From the NCBI RefSeq assembly GCF_009914755.1, contig NC_060927.1: a DNA stretch of 64,000 bases; one strand, 5' to 3'. The translations under genes and the position numbers were made by a program. This document shows positions 39,947 through 54,559 of this stretch, one piece after another. A model generated the notes under the pieces. The model did no database searches. It worked only from the letters and a program-made list of their open reading frames with translations, and was not told the DNA's origin. Numbering within the stretch: position 1 is the stretch's first letter; each line of letters opens with the position of its first letter. The stretch is from the human T2T-CHM13v2.0 reference genome, Homo sapiens.

Positions 39947-42109
39947 ATTTTGTTTCTGTATGGCTTTCTGTGAATGGTATCCCTATCCACTCCACCACCT
40001 GAGTCAGATACCTGAGAATTCTCCTAGGCATAGGCTTATCTTTCTTCCTTATTCCTCATAGCCAAGGTGTTGATCCCACGTCCTTGAGATCTTGTGAATG
40101 AATAATCCATTCCCTTGTCTCCATTTTCATTACCATGCCTTATTTCATGTACACATGACTTTCTCCTGGATTTATCTGGTAATCTTCATTCTTAAACTAG
40201 GTTCCATAAAGGCAGAATCTGGAACAAAGACTTGTGTTAGGTTTATTTAGAGGTTGTTTATCATGAGGAGTTGAAGTGAAGAAACAGAGAAGGAAGGAAT
40301 GCCAACACGGTTTTGCTATATCGGGTTAGCCACTACCACAACCCACTGTTGCTGAGTCCCGTGGGAACTTTTCATCTGGGGTGTGAAAGGGAGAAGCATT
40401 GATCACTCAGCTTCCAGCCCAGTTGCTCAAGAACGGTCCAATAATAGTAAGTCCCTGGCAATTCCAGATTGTACTTGCATGAATGCCCAGAGGTATTGAT
40501 ACTCCAAAGCCTCAGAAATTCCTGGGACAGGAGTGAGAAGTGGTGGCACATCCTCCAGCAGTGGCTCCAGTAGGAAGAGGTGGGGCTGAGAGGGTTTAAA
40601 GTGGCCCATAAGACATGTCTGGTTCACCTTTCAACTGATCTTCCTGTACTCCTTCTGCTAGCCACTTTTTATAGCCAGAATAATCTTAAAACAAAATGAC
40701 TATATTATTTTTCTGCTTGAAGTGTTTTGATGTCCCTTTTAGAGACCTTCAGAAAAATATTCTCTCCTTAGCACATCATAGAAGCCCTCCCTTTATTATC
40801 TGGCCCTCTTCTACCTCCCTAAAAGTATGACTTCTCCATATAAACCCTTCCCAGCTCTTTATCTGTGCTGTACCCTCTACCTAGAGTTACCTTCCTCTCC
40901 TTTTGTGCTTGCCTATTTTCTCCGTATTTGCAAGCCTTACTTGATGCTCTACTCTTCTTCCCAGGCTGAGTTAGTTCCCTCCTGTATGTTCCAAGAGCAC
41001 CCTGTGTTTATCATCATCATAGAATTTATTACATTCCATTACATTTTTGTCTGATTTATCTGTTAGACTACATTGTCAACTCCTAATACAGAACCTGACA
41101 AATAGTAGGTGATCAATAACTGTTGACATTGTTTCACTATCTATTGCAAAGCTGTATACAGGGAAAGTGAACCAAGTTTATCACTAAAATGAAGAATAAC
41201 CACCTTCAATGTATGCTTAAATATCATTGGGGTTTTAGTCCCTCCAGAAGGTGTTAATCTAACATCTTCCTGTAAGATGCGCCTTAGGAAGAATACAGAT
41301 TATAATCATTGTATGGAGGAGTGTTGGTCAAAGAGATGAAAAAGGCGTCGGCTCTGAGAGACCAGAAGGGTCGAAGAGCTGTCGCATTCCTACAGGTGGT
41401 AATAACCCTTCACTGATCACCTGCCTTCAACAAGTGTGAAAACTGACAACCCATGTAGCCATCTCTTAGAGAGAGTGTCTTAGCCTTCCACACAAGTTGC
41501 CCCCACAAGCTGTAGCCGGGAAGCAGACACATGAGCCATATGAAATTGGGCCAAGGGCCAGTAGAATTTTAGTGCAGTTTGAAACTGTGACATACGGCAC
41601 TAATATTATATTTCCCCAAGGTTGGAGTCTCGCTGCCAAGAGGTGTGGCATTGCTATCACCCTGGAAAGTGCAGCAAAGACTTGGGAAAATATCGTAGGC
41701 TGAGAGATTACTTTTCACTTCCAACTAAAGCTGGCAGACTGAATTCTCTTGTAAAAGAATAGATTCAGCTTGATTTGTTTGGCTTTGGGGATTTTGGCAT
41801 TCATAGAATTGCCAAATGTATGATAACTTTATTTTAAAAAGAATAATTGTGTAATTATTTATTTAATTAGAAAAAATAATAAATGCTTGTAATTATTTCT
41901 GGTTTAAGTGTTTCTAACTTGAAATACAAAACACTACTTTTTCTTCAGCTGTCAGCTTTAGACGTCACTTATTAGCTGAAGTTCTGAGAAGCTGAAAAGT
42001 GTTTAGTCTATTTAAGCTATGTCTCCCCTCCCTTCCTCTCCTCCCACCTCCCAACATACAATAATTGTTTTTTTTTAGATTTAAAAGTGATTTTTAGATT
42101 TGAATATTA

Positions 42110-42310
42110 ATGGTGTTAGATAATATTAAACATTTGAGTGCTTACTGTACGCCAGGCACAGTTCTAAACACTTCACATACAATAAATTCATTTTCTCCTC
42201 ATATCAGAGAATTATTATCCTCATTTTGAGACATGGAAACTGAGGCACAGAGCAGTTATGAAACTGACTTGTTCAAGGTCATTAGTTAAGTGGTAGAACT
42301 GGGATGGCTG
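42110..42310 (-). mobile_element. MIR
   Basis: TTATTATCCTCATTTTGAGACATGGAAACTGAGGCACAGAG. Confidence 0.8.
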
Positions 42311-42900
42311 TATTATCTGTGCAGTCAAGAGTATGCTTTGCTGCTCCCCATAGAGGAGGCTGTTAGAGCCCCTAGCCTTGCCTGCACTTCACCTTTCCCC
42401 TTTCACCCTGTGTCTCCTGATAACAATTACATTCTGCTATGTAACGTTTTTAAGTTTCCCAGGTTTGGTTTGTAGGTTAATTCAAAAGCTGAAAATTAGT
42501 ATACGATATTTACATTATTACGACTAAGTGAATATTGTTCATTATAGAGACAATTAATGCTTTAGGATTATAAATTCGATGTTTCAATTTTGGTACCAGT
42601 CAAAGCCAAATGATCCTTGCATCCAGTTCTAATTAATTTTTATTTCTTATTAATTCTCTCAATTGCTCAAAATCATGTCACATTTTAGTTTCCATGGTTT
42701 TTGGGCATGACTTTCTCGTACAGTTCTTTACCCTGCTATTTCTTATTACCTTCCTCCTTTCTCCTGTTTTGATAACCCTCCCCCTCCCCCTCCTGGAGTG
42801 TTGTGTAGTAGAATTTTAATTAACCCCTTCCTTTCAGCTCCCTTTGCCCCGATTTGTTCCTCTGACCCTGAACTTGGAGCCTGTCTGCAATCAATGTTAA

Positions 42901-42986
42901 CCTCCTTCCCTCCCTCCCTCCTTCCTTTCCTTCCTTCCTTCCTTCCTTCCTTCCTTCCTTCGTTCTTTCCTTCCTTCCCTCCTTTC
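42901..42986. repeat. (CCTT)n/(CCCT)n polypyrimidine microsatellite
   Basis: Direct read. Confidence 0.95.
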
Positions 42987-43217
42987 TGAATTCTGGGTCC
43001 TTGCCTTCTCGTTTGGTTTCATCTTTCAATAGGCTTCCATCTTCTTTCCATCTCTTAGAAATGTGTTTAAACCTCTTGCCTACTGATGTATCCCCCTTCT
43101 GTCCACTTCTACCGGATTATTTCTTCACACTTTCTTGGAATTATTAGATAATCATTTGTGCTTAAACTGCAGTTTGAATTAGAAACCCTATTTGGTCCAC
43201 ATCCTAAATAGTCAAAG

Positions 43218-43294
43218 TGATATGTGTATGTATATACGTATGTGTGTGTGTATATATATATAATGTATGTATGTGTGTATATATATATGTATAT
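43218..43294. repeat. (TA/TG)n compound microsatellite
   Basis: Direct read. Confidence 0.9.
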
Positions 43295-44184
43295 AATCTT
43301 AAATGTGTACAAATAGCATTGTCAGGTATAAACAGCATTTGCTTCTTTAAAATTAAATGGCTTACACATAGATGAATATTTACTTAGAAATACCTAAACA
43401 TTAAAGAAAATGATTTCAGAACCTTATTCGCCACCTCCTACCCAACCCAGGCTAATAACACAGAGAAAACTTTGTTATCAGATCCACCATTATTAATTGG
43501 AGTCCTCTATCAACTTAATCACACTTTTAGCACAATAAAAATGGATGTTCATATTGATGTCTTTAAGGCAAAGCAAGACCCCAAAGCATCTTCAGAATCA
43601 CTAGAACAAAGTTAAATTATGTTCAAGATTAATTTTAGTGCAAATTATTTTAAGCTAGGTCTATAGGCATTTGTGATAAATGTATTTATTGCCCTGCCAC
43701 AGTACAGAAAGAATTTGAGATGGCTTACATAAATACATACTACACAAAAAGATAAATAAGAACAATGAGGAAAAGAGTAGGAATGGTAGGATGAAGCTGG
43801 GATTGAGATTGGGACCCAAAGTTACTTCAGAGTGACCGGTGCATTTGTTAGGAATGTACCACACATTTTATTCCGAGCATCTAACGGCTGACCAAAACCA
43901 TTTCCACAGCCAGCAGGTCAAGTTCATTAATCCACATTGCACACAGCATAAAAACAGTTTGCTGTGGAGAACTATTGCTGGAAAAAGACTGGGGCGAATT
44001 ACTTCCTGTGGGTTCTAGTAAAGCACATATGTGAAATGTAGAGAATGATGTACTTCGTAACTTCTTTACAGTAAAGATAGCAATATGATGCACGTAGGAG
44101 TTTTAGTAATATGAACGAGCAGAACTCCATAGGGCAGGATTATAAGCAACTTTATTCTCCCACTTCCCACACCACAATCGCTAA

Positions 44185-44571
<387 letters not shown>

Positions 44572-45849
44572 TCCAGTTTTCTTATTCAAAAACAAACAAA
44601 CAAAAAATCAAAAAACAAAAGAAAACAAAAACCACTGTTTCCATTCAATTTCATTCACTGGGATAGTCTCCTTGTAGCCATCATTCTGTTCAGTCCACTG
44701 AGATCATCAACACTGTACTTCATGTGAAGTGAAACTTTTCTCCTCCCCCAGGTTGAGTTGGAAGCCTGTGGTGGTAAAGAAGGCGTCTTGCTTCTTTCCA
44801 GGTCTTACCATTTTCTCTCTCTCCTTCCTTGCTACACCCTTACCTTCCACCGCCATGTCTCAGTTTCCCCTGACTTGGGGAAGACAGAAGAAGTCAGGGA
44901 CAGGAAATACCTTACTTGCCTGGTAGTGCCATGCCTCTCTACTGGTGCATGTGTAGGGAGAGCCTTCTCCAACCTCGCCTCTTTCTGGGTTCTCCTATCT
45001 CAGGGGGTAAATCCTCCAGGGTATGTCAGACACCAGTGCCCTACACATTGCAGGAAACCCTTATCAACCTCTATAAATGTTCTCCTGAAAGCCTTTTTCT
45101 TTAAGCTTGAGGTAAAAGGGAAACATCTTTCTTCCTCCTCAGTGGATGAAGGAGGGAAAATGTGAGAGCACATTCTCCTAATTTTCTTTCTTGGCCTTTT
45201 CTACAAAGGCCTCTTCTATAAGGGCCTCTTATATCCTTTATGTGGTGTTGAGCTAAAGGTTAAAAAATTAGTTTTCTGACACCTCCTTTGCCTTCTTAAA
45301 TGATGCAAAAAGAGTCCCATTTAATATCTTATTCGATCTTTACTGAAATCTTATAAGTGTATAGGAAATATTGTTGACGAGCTTTTCTGCTTTGAGGCTC
45401 AAAACAATGTAGGCATGAAATACTGTGTTAGTCTAGGTAGATGGCATTTCAATCTAGCAATGTATCTATATTCTCCATTTAAACTATAAAATTGATACCT
45501 ATTCATTTTAGATAGACTAGAAACATTGAGGAACCAAAAGAAAAATTATTAAAATGATTCTGTCCCAACTTTCAGGGATGGTTACTATTAACCTTGATTT
45601 ATGTCCTTTCATATTCTCCTTATACTGTAATGGACATCCCTTGCCATCTGAATCTCACTATCCAAATATTTGTTTTAAGAGCTTGTAAAATTTTTTTCTT
45701 GAATTCACTATCTGAAAGGAAAACTTGTTATAAGAAATCTACATTGTCACAGCAGTAAGACTGATTTGTGCACAAATTCTGGGGAGAAAATAGAGTTGCT
45801 GCGGTAGATTCTCAGCTCTTCTCTTGACAACACTGAATCTTGTGCTTGC

Positions 45850-46760
45850 AGTTTCAACATGTAGTGCATTATCGTATCAGATCCCCACATTATTATATGA
45901 AAATGTCTTCTAAGAGTGCTGAAAAGCCTGTGAAGAAGTACGAGCCTGTGAATTGCTGAACGCTATTGACAAAGGTGATTCAACTGCACAGCACATTTTT
46001 AATGTTGATGGAATTGATCTGCTTTGGAAATGTATGCCATCTTGTATGTTCACTTCAGAAAAGAAGACAAAAATGCCAGAACATAAAGCATCCAAAGTAG
46101 TCTAACACTACTTTTAAGTGAATGTGAAGTTAAGCTAAAACCTCTGCTTGTGTATCACTTCAAAAGCCCCAGTGCCTTTTAGCGACTAAGGGAGAGTGAA
46201 TTGCCTGCTGTGTAATATTCAGCTCGTAAAGATAGGATGACCAAGGCAGCTTTCAGTGATTACATGAGGAGCTGTCTCTATTCATCAGAGTACACACGGA
46301 TGGAAAACTTGCAAACAAGGCTCCTTTGATAATAGACTAAGCTCCCAGATGTCCTTCTAGTGTTGACAGTTATGGAGATAATATCGCAATGGACTTTTTG
46401 CCTTACAGCATGATGCCATTATCATAGCCTCTGGACCTGAATCACTACAGCCTTCAAGGCATATTGTTTGCAGATGGTGATGCAGTATGTGGCACTTATA
46501 TGCTGATATATGGTGTGATGATGCAGGCAACACTGTTTCAGCACAGAATTTATAGAAGAGTTTTGACATTCAGAAGGTCTTCACATTTATCAACTGGGTT
46601 TGGCATGTATCATAACAAACAATGAAGGGACTATGGGAGAAACTAGTACTGCAATATGTTGCTGACTTCCAAGGTTTCAGGGAAGTGATTAACGCAAAGC
46701 AAAAATCCTAAATCTTGTGAAGAGGGCTAGATTTAGTGAAGTGGATGGTAAAAAGACCTT
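45850..46760 (+). mobile_element. Ancient pogo/Tigger-family transposase fossil
   Basis: Frameshifted remnants HIFNVDGIDLLWKCMPS, KLKPLLVYHFKSPSAF, LIID*APRCP, FLPYSMMPLS*PLDL match DDD-domain motif order. Confidence 0.8.
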
Positions 46761-47470
46761 AACGTATGACCACAGAACTTGTTCAACTAGTTGCTCATTC
46801 TACAGCCCAGGAAGGGAAAGAAGAGGAGCAATAAATGCTCATTGCTGGGTCTTTAGGAAACGTGAAATTATGCAGATAAAATACTTGTTTTTGCAAAGTT
46901 TGTTTTGTTTTGTTTTGGTCCATAACTTTATCTGCCATTACAGATAATGGTTCATAGCCATGCACCTCTAGTGTCTCAAGATCCAAAAAGAGATGAGCGT
47001 ACATAAGATCCTTGGACTTGAAAACAGGTGAACCACAGGCATTTGACGCTCCACTCACTCTCTGCCAGCTCATTCCCACTCGGCTTCACATCGACTGAGC
47101 AGTATTAACATCTACCTGCCTGCAACCTCCATCTCCCTCTCTCTAAACCTCTCTTTATTTGGTTAGTAATCATTTTGTAAAATTTCCATGTTTGCTTATT
47201 TTATTTAACTAAATGTTATTTGTATTTATGACATAACTTTAAAACACACAGTAGCTTTTATTTTATATTAAAAATTATGCCTGCTATAGTACATAAGGAA
47301 AACTAATTTCTATTAGATATTCTGTTGTATTGTTGCATATTACATAAAAACATACCCACTAAAAAGCCCATTAAGTATGAAATAATTATGTAGTTGATAT
47401 TTTGTACAGTATATTTATGCAAAAATCCTTGGAAGTGTTACTATGCAGGTGCATAGGAAGGTTTAAACAG

Positions 47471-47793
<323 letters not shown>

Positions 47794-47974
47794 TTATCTG
47801 ATCTCCTGTGTGGGCCAACAAAGTGCAAGCCGAACAAATCACACCTATGTTCCACATGTGGCTTGTTTTCAACTTCTGACCTTTCCAAGGGCAGTCAATG
47901 TGTGAATGTTCCAGTGACCTCTGACCTATGAGACAGCTGTCACAAAAGCTTGCCCAGTCAGTGATGATGGCAGT

Positions 47975-48357
47975 TGTCTTAGTCTGTTTTCACACTGCTA
48001 TAAAGAACTGCCTGAGACTGGGCAATTTATGAAGAAAAGAGGTTTAATTGACTCACAGTTTCTGAGGCTTAACAGGAAGCGTGTCTGAGAGGCCTCAGAA
48101 ACTTACTATAATGTGAGAAGGGAGAAGGGGAAGCAAGCACGTCTTACCATGGTGGAGCAGGAAAGAGAGAGCACGAGCAAAGGGGAAGTGCCACACACTT
48201 TCAAACAACCAGATCTCGTGAGAACTCACTATCACAAGAATAGCAAGACAGAAGTCTGCCTCCATGATTCAATCACCTCCCACCAGGCCCCTCCCCTGAT
48301 ATGTGGGGATTACAAAGAGATGAGATTTGGGTGGGAATGCAGAGCCAAACTGTATCA
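47975..48357 (-). mobile_element. MSTA-like MaLR solo LTR
   Basis: TG...CA ends; TSD GCAGT/GCAAT. Confidence 0.88.
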
Positions 48358-48879
48358 GCAATTAATACAAAAAATCATATTCCCTTGGGAATTTATATAA
48401 TATATACAAGGATTTAGTCAGTGATAAGGGGAGCAGAAGATAGAATACCCTCATGGAAAAGGTTGACAGGAGGAAAATAAAGCAGTAGATGCTACGAGTA
48501 AGAGAAAATTATGATTATTGTAAGCTAAATCATACAGCACAGGGGAGGATATAGTTGGTTAGTAGGTAGAGTAGGAGTAATTAGGTAGAGCTGAGTCATG
48601 ATGCAGTCAGGATGAACAAATTCAGAGTGATGACAGGAGAACAGATACTCTGGTTTTTTAAGCTGCTGGGTTTTGAATAGCTCTCGAATTCTCTGAATTT
48701 TAGCCTTTGGGAGGTCTTCATGGATGGTTGCACTTGCACTTCCTCTGGGAATTGTATTTGGTTCCATGAAGCATGATCATGTAGATAAGACTCTCAACTT
48801 CTTTTTGTGCCATTTATAGTTCCAATAGGTACTGACTTACTGGAGACAAATTGAATAAGTCTCTCTTTTTATAACCCAA

Positions 48880-49340
48880 AACATTTAACAGTATTTATGT
48901 ACCATAATATATTTAATCAATTCCTCATTGCTGAACATTAAGATCATTTCAAACTTCTAATATGCATACAATTTTTGTCATGAAATTCTTTGTACATTTA
49001 TTATAGTGTACTTGATGTTCCTCAGAATAAATTCCTCTGGGTGAAATTCCTCAATCAAAGAATATATGGGCATTCTAAAACTTTCTATATGTATTGCCAA
49101 GTTGCCATCTAAAAAGATTTTATAGATTTACACTCTTTACTGGCAATCTACAAGAGTGCCAGCTCCTCACTCCTTATGAGTACTGGATATCATTTTTTAT
49201 TTTTACTTACCAATATTTTGAGTGAAAAATGCTGACCTGCTTTATTCCTGATATGTTTTATTGCTCCTCTAATTGAACATAATTTCTTGGACATTAATTG
49301 TCCATTTGCATTTCTTTTGTGAATTATTCTGGTATGTTCT
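48880..49340 (-). mobile_element. Old L1ME-type fragment
   Basis: Antisense L1 motifs (TATTGCCAAGTTGCC, CCATTTGCATTTCTTTTGTGAATT). Confidence 0.6.
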
Positions 49341-49525
49341 TTGCTTATTTTCCCAAGGGTATAACTTATTTGTTTATTAACAGTAGTGGTATTATTAATT
49401 TAGAGCTATGTGCCATTCATTATGCTAAAAACTCTATAAACTTCATTTCATTTAATCCTCACAAAAACCTTTGAGGTAATTATTATTATTCACAGATTAG
49501 AGAAATGCAAACTAGGTTTAGAGAA

Positions 49526-49930
49526 TGCTATGGTCTGAATGTGTCCCCAAAATTCATATGTTGAAACTTAATCACCAATGTAATAGTCTTAAGAGGTGGG
49601 GACTTCAGGAAGTTATTAAATTATGAAGGTGGAGTGATGGGATTTGTGCTTTTATAAAAGGTGCAAAGGAGCTGCCTCTCTCTCTCTTATCCCTTCCATC
49701 CCTCCCACCATGTGAGGGCACAGCATCCTCTTGTGCAGCAACAGGGCACCATCAGGTGGATGCAGGAGGATCCGGTAATGGGGCACCATCTTGGAAGCAG
49801 AGAGCAGCCACATGCCATCGCCATGATTTTGAGCTTTACAGTCTCCAGAACTGTGAGAAATAGATTTCTGTTCTTTCTAAATTACCCAGTCTAAGATATT
49901 TTGTTATAGCAGCCCAAACAGACTAAGACA
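49526..49930 (+). mobile_element. MST/MLT1A-type MaLR solo LTR inserted in a MIR
   Basis: TGCTATGGTCTGAATGTGTCCCC...GACTAAGACA; TSD GAGAA/GAGAT. Confidence 0.88.
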
Positions 49931-51769
49931 GAGATTTAACATGATCAAGCAGCAAGTAGCCTGATGTATACCCAGGTTTACTGAATTCAGATCATGAGGT
50001 TAATGTGCTTTCACAGTTGCCAAGCAGAGTCACTGCTTATGGTTGCGAAGATTATGCTCCTGTCTTATCTAGAAGCACAATATTTTTAAAACAACAAATA
50101 CAGACACATGCCGATGTTGTGAATTACATAATTTAAAATGTTGGAATTAACTTGAATTAAGATGAGACATGTCATTTCTGGTGAATACTTCATATATTAG
50201 AGAAAACATATACTTAAAAATCAAAAGATCTGGATTCAAATCCCAGCTCTGCTATTTACTGGCTGGGATATCCTTGGTAAGTTTCTTCTGCATCTTTACT
50301 TGTAAGATAAGGATAATAATGCTTTCTTTTTTTTTTTTTTTTGGTTGTTATCAAGACTAAATAAAATTTCATATGCAAAGATGGTATCCCCAAAATGTTA
50401 ATTAATTCCATTCCTTCATGTGTATAATAAGCATGTCAATACCTTCAAATGGTGACTAACCTACAGAAGCCTCATTATTTGGGATTGTAACCATGATATA
50501 CCAGAAAAATAAATATCAGGAGCCACAAAAGAGCAATAGGTTCTTGTACCATATATTTTCATTTTTATTAAAATTCTCACTCAAGTTACAGTGGTACAAC
50601 CTCTAATAATTTGCCTGACTAGCCAAATGTAATTATTTTTTCCTAAGAAGTAAAGCTCTTCTCAAATCTTTCATCCTTACCAAGCACCTAGGGCAAAATA
50701 CATGGAGTGGGCCAGAGGACTCATTTTACAGATGAGGAAGTTATTTGTTCTCTCTAAGCCTCAATATTTCCTCCTGGGAATAAAAGAGCTAATAGAACGT
50801 ATGTTTCCCCACTTTTCTTTCTCCAAGGGAAATAGTTGGATGATTAATGAGATAATGAATGTGAGGAGAACTCCCTGGAGGAAAGACATTTCACAAACAT
50901 GAAGTGAAGACTCTGGCTGACTCACTGATTTCAGCAGCTCAGAGGTATGGATAAATCTATTGGTATGAATCCTAGCTACTTAATCTACCTACCTCATGCA
51001 CACCTTAAAAGCTGGATTTTGCAGCATTTCTTAAGTGTCAAACTGATCCTACTTATAGCAAAATTCATCATCCAGTAATTAACACCAAGTGTTTATGAAA
51101 TTAAATGATTCATCTCTCAATGTTTTGCAGGGTGGGAGGCAGAGAAGTACGCAGGACAAACTTGGAATTGAATCACTTGTATAATGTAGCCAGGAGCTGC
51201 TTTGCTTGGGTTTTCATAGTCTTTCAGAATAAAAAGTCCTATCCCAGAACCACTCCCTTTAAAATAAATTGATGTTTTCAGTGTCTGAAGCTTTTCTAGG
51301 AGAATGGAAATGAACTGGTAAAATTTTAAAAAGCCAAAGGCAAAAGAGAAAAACTAACAGCTGGAAGAATTAAATGAATACTATATCCAGCTGTTTTCTA
51401 AGGACCTAAAGTATGTCATGGATGTCAAGATGTTACTGTAGATGTGGCTGGAAGCTCAGTATTATGCCTCTGACTCTGTGGGTTGAAATGGAAAACAATT
51501 CCAGAAGAACAAATAAAGAAATGATTTTTTCCAGCCCAACTCTTATGTCAAATGAGAGCCATAGCACTTTTGTTAGATTAGAAAAGAAGTCAAGAGATGC
51601 ATGGCAGTTGATACCCATTTAAGATTGTTGTGTATTCTTGATAAATTGGCTTTTAAAAATCGTTATAAAATATTCCTCCTCGGCATGTACTCTAGGGCAT
51701 GGCTTCCTTTCCTTTCCTTATTGTTGTAGATTTAAAAATTAGTTTATTAGGTGCCATCCAGCCTGGGCT

Positions 51770-53364
51770 TTTAAATAAATGGTGCTGGACAAATGGGTGG
51801 CCATTTGAAAGGAGATAAAAATTAGATCCGTATCTCACACCATACACAAGAATCACTCAAGAAGGGATAAGGATTTAAATGTGAATAAAGAAAGCATATG
51901 AGAATGCGAAGAAAATGTGGGTAAATTCCTTTTTTACCTTGTAGAAGGTACAGGGAAAGCCTCTCTAATCATTACTCAAAATCCAAGGTCAATAAAAGTA
52001 AAGATTGAGAAATCTGACTACATAAAAAATTTAAAAAAAAACTTTCAAGACTAAAAAGCACACATCCTAAACAACACCAAAACAGCTGACAAACCAGGAG
52101 AAAATATTCAAGACATACATACAGAGATTGAGAAATGGAGAGAAGAAGGACCTAGACCTGTTAGAGAAAAACCATGAACAGACACACAAATATATAGCCC
52201 TCAAATATATGAAAAACTTATTCAAATTCACTTATAATTAGAGATAAATACTCAGGTACAATTTCTCACTATCAGACTGGCAAAAATTAAATAGCATGTC
52301 CACACATTCAGCTAGTGAGGCTGTGAGGGCACAGATACTAGCTCACAAATTGCTGGTAAGAAGGTTTCACTCGTGAAACGCAAGTTGTTCATACCTAACA
52401 AAACTACATATGCACTTACTCTTTGACCCAGAAATCCCACTGCTAGGATCCACCGTGACTATATACTTCCCCAAATACAAAAATGTATATACCAAAGTTA
52501 TTTATTGTATCATTGTTTGTAACTGAGAAATATTGGAAGCAACTTAAATTTCAGCACTTCGGAGGAGTGGTTGAAGAAATTCTAGCACACCTACACAATG
52601 GAGTACTATGCTCCTGTAAAACAGAATGAGGAAGATCTCCATGAGCTGATACGGAATGATTTCCAGGACATACTACTCCGTGAGACGGAAAAGCACAAAA
52701 GGGTATATATAACATGTTACCTTTCATGTGAGAAAGAACTAGATATAAAAGCATAAGAAAATACACATGCATCTGCACATGTGTGCGAAATAAATTCAGG
52801 AAAGATAAATGAGAAACTAGAGACTGGTTACCTACAGAAGTTGGTGGGAAAAATATGAGAAGAAGTGAATATGGGCACATTAGTAGAGAGGAAGAGGAAG
52901 AAACATGTTTCTGAGTATATTTTTAATAAAGTTTTGACTCTTAGACCCATAGTAATGTTTCACATACATGCTTTTCCCCTAATAAATAGTTACAATCAAC
53001 CAGGAAGTGGGATAAACCCAAAATGGAATGTAATCAGTAACAAATGAACCTAATGTGTGACAAATTAATTCATAATCACACTGAAGTGAATGTGTGAAAA
53101 TAATACGTTGACTGGATACTGTGAGACTAAAGAGAAAAATAACTATATACAAATACTGTTATCTGGAAATTTGCTTCTTATATGTATAGATTAGTAACTG
53201 TTTAACTACCTTATATGTACACTATTAAATAAGTGAATGTATTGTAGATAATGAGAGCCAGGTTTCTCACTGCTGGAGAAAGAAGTCACAGTTAAATGAA
53301 GGGGAAGCATGGAATGAATGTCATGATGTTGGATTGGTATCAGAGGTATCGATATGTACTCATG

Positions 53365-53412
<48 letters not shown>

Positions 53413-54420
53413 TATATGTACATATATGTGCACACACAAATAGATGTAGAAATAAGTATAGATGTGTGTATGTGTGGGTTAGTATTCATATATATATTTC
53501 TTAGCTTTGTCCACTGAGAGGGCCTGAGAGTAATGATACCTGAGTAGCCATGAGCATACCTACTGGCAGAATCTTAGTTTATAAATACTATTCTCCAAGT
53601 AAAAAAAAAAGAAAGCAGAGCTCCTTGAAAAAGTGGTTGATTCTAGAGTTGGGAAAGAGAATATAAAAGATGAGACTGGAACATCGTGTGGTACCAGAAA
53701 ATAAGAAAGCGCTCAAAAAAAAAAAGAACGAGGTCATGTCCTAAGGACATAGGAGCTCCTGATGGCCAAACATGTAACAATTTGAGCAATCAAATATCTA
53801 ATGATAATATAGGATTATAACCAATAAAATAAATAAATATCCTGAATTCCACACTTATAAATAATCCAAATAAATAAATGTATAGGGAGAAGGGACAGCT
53901 CTTCCCTATAGAAAAATTCCAATTAACAAATGTAGAAGACATGAAGGACATACAAAGTTATTACTAGGTAAACACAGCAGTAAGATCCACTAAATAAGAG
54001 GGATGCTAAAATCATTGAGCAAAAGTTTGAAAATATTACCACAATCTCAAACTATCTTCATTAATTTCAAGGAGAATAATGAGAAGTTTAGAGAGAAAAA
54101 AACCTTGTAGATACTACATTAGCCAATGATCAAAGCTAACACCACTAGTGTCAAGGCATGATTCATTTACCCTCTGATATATACTGAGAAAGAGAAAACA
54201 TTACTTATGTAGTATTCTTTCCCAAAAGGAATAATGTTGAAAACATGAGACAAATTCATATTGAGGAACATTCTAAAACATAACTGACCAGTACTCTGTC
54301 AAGAACATTAAAGACAAGAAAAACATGAGGGGCTGCCACAGATTACGTGGAGAAGAATGAGGAAGCAGTGTGGGATCCTTGATTCGATCCTGGAGCAGGA
54401 ATTGATGGAATTGGAATAAG
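51770..54420 (+). mobile_element. L1MC-like ORF2 end plus long 3'UTR, with (TA)n(CA)n at ~53369-53435
   Basis: AATAAATGGTGCTGG, TTTGACCCAGAAATCCCAC, ACAATGGAGTACTATGC motifs. Confidence 0.75.
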
Positions 54421-54559
54421 GTCTGTATTTGTTAGAAGCAAGGAACTAGGTCCAGCTCACACTCAACGGCGGGAAGGGGGGGTGGTGGGGGTTGCACAAG
54501 GGATTTACTGGGGACTCTCTCAGAGGCTGCCTATGGCAAGCAGCAAACAGCAAAGGGAG

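Noticed and set aside
54468-54492. G-rich run as G-quadruplex
   Set aside because: Short and irregular, with no promoter context; probably within an old LTR fragment
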